59,900 nucleotides of DNA from an uncultured Actinomycetota bacterium. GTDB taxonomy: Bacteria > Actinomycetota > Humimicrobiia > Humimicrobiales > Humimicrobiaceae. A program made the translations under genes and the position numbers. Each line of letters opens with the position of its first letter. The first letter of the stretch is position 1. Shown here piece by piece: positions 58,312-59,900 of this stretch. Below the pieces are notes generated by a model that was not told where the DNA came from, did no database searches, and worked only from the letters and a program-made list of their open reading frames with translations. The stretch covers positions 1 to 59,900 of the forward strand of contig CAYROY010000107.1 of the NCBI GenBank assembly GCA_964426155.1, in the 5' to 3' direction.

Positions 58312-59900
58312 ATGAAAAAAAGCAATATAAATAACAAAATATATATTTACGACACTACTTTAAGGGACGGAACGCAGAGAGCAGATATTTCTTTTTCTGT
58401 TAAAGATAAGCTGGAGCTTATAGATCATTTTGATAGGATGGGCATAGATTATATAGAAGTAGGCTTTCCCGCATCTAATCCGAAGGAAGCCCAGCTTTTC
58501 AGACAGCTCAGATCTCTGGAAGTAAAGTATTCGAAGATAATTGCATTCGGGATGACCAGGTATAAGGACAATACTGTTGAAAAGGACAAAAATCTGGAAA
58601 TACTTATAAATTCGGGTACCCACGGTGTATGTGTTGTAGGAAAATCTTCGATAAGTCATGTAAAGAAAGTCATAGAGACCACACCGGAAAACAATCTGGC
58701 AATGATATCAGAAACTGTAAAGTATTTAAAAAGGTATTTTGATGAAGTTCATTTTGATGCGGAGCATTTTTTTGACGGCTTTAAAGAAGACCCTTCTTAT
58801 GCAATGAAGACACTTGAAGTCGCAGAAGATGCAGGTTCAGATTTTATTGTTGTTTGTGACACAAACGGCGGGGCGCTTCCCGGGGAAGCGGGATATGTTA
58901 TAGGGGAAGTAACTTCGAAAATGCATGTACCGGTAGGGGCACATTTTCATAACGACAGCGGATGTGCCGATGCGAATACAATAATCGCTGTAGAAAAAGG
59001 TGCGGTTATGGTCCAGGGTACAATTAACGGTTACGGTGAAAGGTGCGGTAATGCAGACCTTTGTACTATAATACCAAACCTTGAGTTGAAATTAGGAAAA
59101 AAATGCCTTAAGGAAGGTAATCTAAAACACCTGACGAGTCTCTCACGTTATGTAAGCGAGACTGCCAATCAGATAGCGTACAGCCACCAGCCTTTTGTGG
59201 GTCGTAATGCTTTTGCTCACAAGGGTGGTATGCATGCCAGCGGAGTGAGTAAGTGGCCGTCAGCTTTTGAACACATAAAACCCGAAAAAGTCGGAAATAC
59301 CAGAAAGATACTTATATCAGAACTTTCGGGCAGAAAATCTATACTACTCAAGGCCAGGGAACTTGGCATCGATCTCGAGAATGATCCAGAAACTATAGCA
59401 AAAATCCTTAACGCTGTGCAGGACCTGGAGCAAAAGGGCTATCAGTTTGAAGCGGCAGACGGCAGTTTTGAACTACTTGTAAATGAGATGGGAGGCCGGA
59501 AGAAAGAATTTTTTACACTTGAGAGTTTCAGGGTTTTAAATGAAAAGACCAAAGATGGGAAAATGCTTTCAGAAGCTACAGTAAAAGTTCATATAGGAGA
59601 TAACAGGATTATAGAGACGGCAGAAGGTAATGGCCCTGTGAATGCACTTGACGGAGCCCTGAGAAATGCAATAAAAAGCTGTTATCCCGACCTGTCAAAT
59701 ATAGAGCTGACAGATTTTAAGGTCCGTGTCCTTAATGAGAAAAAAGGAACAGCAGCAGTTGTAAGGGTGCTTATAGAATCCACTGACGGCAAAAAGACAT
59801 GGGGTACCATAGGTGTTTCTAAAAATATAATCGAAGCAAGCTGGCAGGCCCTGGAAGACTCAATAATATACGGTCTGATGTATCTTGAAAAAAACAAGAA
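58312..59900 (+). CDS. cimA: (R)-citramalate synthase-type LeuA-family enzyme (3' end runs off the window)
   Basis: Not in the ORF track because no stop is reached; I translated it by hand and the frame stays open to 59900. IYDTTLRDGTQ, HFHNDSGCA, NGYGERCGNADL, FAHKGGMHASG, and a C-terminal LeuA-dimer region (GNGPVNALDGALR...). The assignment as citramalate rather than a second isopropylmalate synthase is by family resemblance. Confidence 0.75.
   Translation, partial: MKKSNINNKIYIYDTTLRDGTQRADISFSVKDKLELIDHFDRMGIDYIEVGFPASNPKEAQLFRQLRSLEVKYSKIIAFGMTRYKDNTVEKDKNLEILINSGTHGVCVVGKSSISHVKKVIETTPENNLAMISETVKYLKRYFDEVHFDAEHFFDGFKEDPSYAMKTLEVAEDAGSDFIVVCDTNGGALPGEAGYVIGEVTSKMHVPVGAHFHNDSGCADANTIIAVEKGAVMVQGTINGYGERCGNADLCTIIPNLELKLGKKCLKEGNLKHLTSLSRYVSETANQIAYSHQPFVGRNAFAHKGGMHASGVSKWPSAFEHIKPEKVGNTRKILISELSGRKSILLKARELGIDLENDPETIAKILNAVQDLEQKGYQFEAADGSFELLVNEMGGRKKEFFTLESFRVLNEKTKDGKMLSEATVKVHIGDNRIIETAEGNGPVNALDGALRNAIKSCYPDLSNIELTDFKVRVLNEKKGTAAVVRVLIESTDGKKTWGTIGVSKNIIEASWQALEDSIIYGLMYLEKNK

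Noticed and set aside
58360-58659. 99-aa minus-strand ORF (and 59682-59897) at the right end
   Set aside because: Both are antisense to the open-ended cimA-type gene, which has clear LeuA-family motifs throughout.
1-59900. Search for CRISPR arrays, IS elements, integrases, prophage or defence islands, and rRNA
   Set aside because: No spaced short-repeat arrays, terminal inverted repeats with transposase, recombinase motifs or rRNA-like segments were seen. The only sizeable direct repeat is the 92-nt peptide-gene duplication. tRNA-Gly is not followed by an integrase.

Overview
AT-rich (roughly one-third G+C by eye, not computed), gene-dense bacterial chromosome segment. Most genes are on the + strand, with many 4-30 nt start/stop overlaps. 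No rRNA, CRISPR array, transposase or integrase was seen. Contents in order: (1) an MsmX/MalK-type sugar ABC ATPase followed by a clear intrinsic terminator. (2) An archaeal-flavoured operon: geranylgeranyl-reductase-family flavoprotein, metallophosphoesterase, putative cyclic 2,3-diphosphoglycerate synthetase and 2-phosphoglycerate kinase. (3) Several small membrane, lipoprotein and zinc-ribbon genes, then xseA and xseB. (4) A complete division/cell-wall (dcw) cluster: mraZ-rsmH-ftsL-ftsI-murE-murF-mraY-murD-ftsW-murG-murC-murB-ddl-ftsQ-ftsA-ftsZ. It has a recognisable promoter plus three TGGNG MraZ-type boxes, and is followed by sepF-proC-yggT-divIVA-yggU. (5) An unusual locus rich in small ORFs. 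It runs: candidate 33-codon ORF, orphan CpaE/TadZ-like ATPase with a degenerate receiver domain, double excisionase-type HTH protein, 52-aa membrane protein, two tandem near-identical 23-codon hydrophobic mini-genes with very strong Shine-Dalgarno sites, a polytopic HD-GYP phosphodiesterase and a SpoIIM/DUF95-like membrane protein. (6) GT2 glycosyltransferase, 5-formyl-THF cyclo-ligase, an orphan LivJ-like binding protein, a DAG-kinase-family lipid kinase and tRNA-Gly(CCC). (7) A translationally coupled pair of about 1,060-aa helicase-nuclease fusions (AddAB/AdnAB-like), each with a 4-Cys nuclease module. (8) ilvE behind a structured leader, and an IscU-like::MnmA fusion. (9) A branched-chain amino acid operon: ilvD-ilvB-ilvN-(class V aminotransferase)-serA-leuA-leuC-leuD-cimA. 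It is preceded by a candidate Leu/Val/Ile-rich leader peptide and mutually exclusive hairpins resembling a classical attenuator. All functional calls rest on motif and family recognition by eye; no database search was run.
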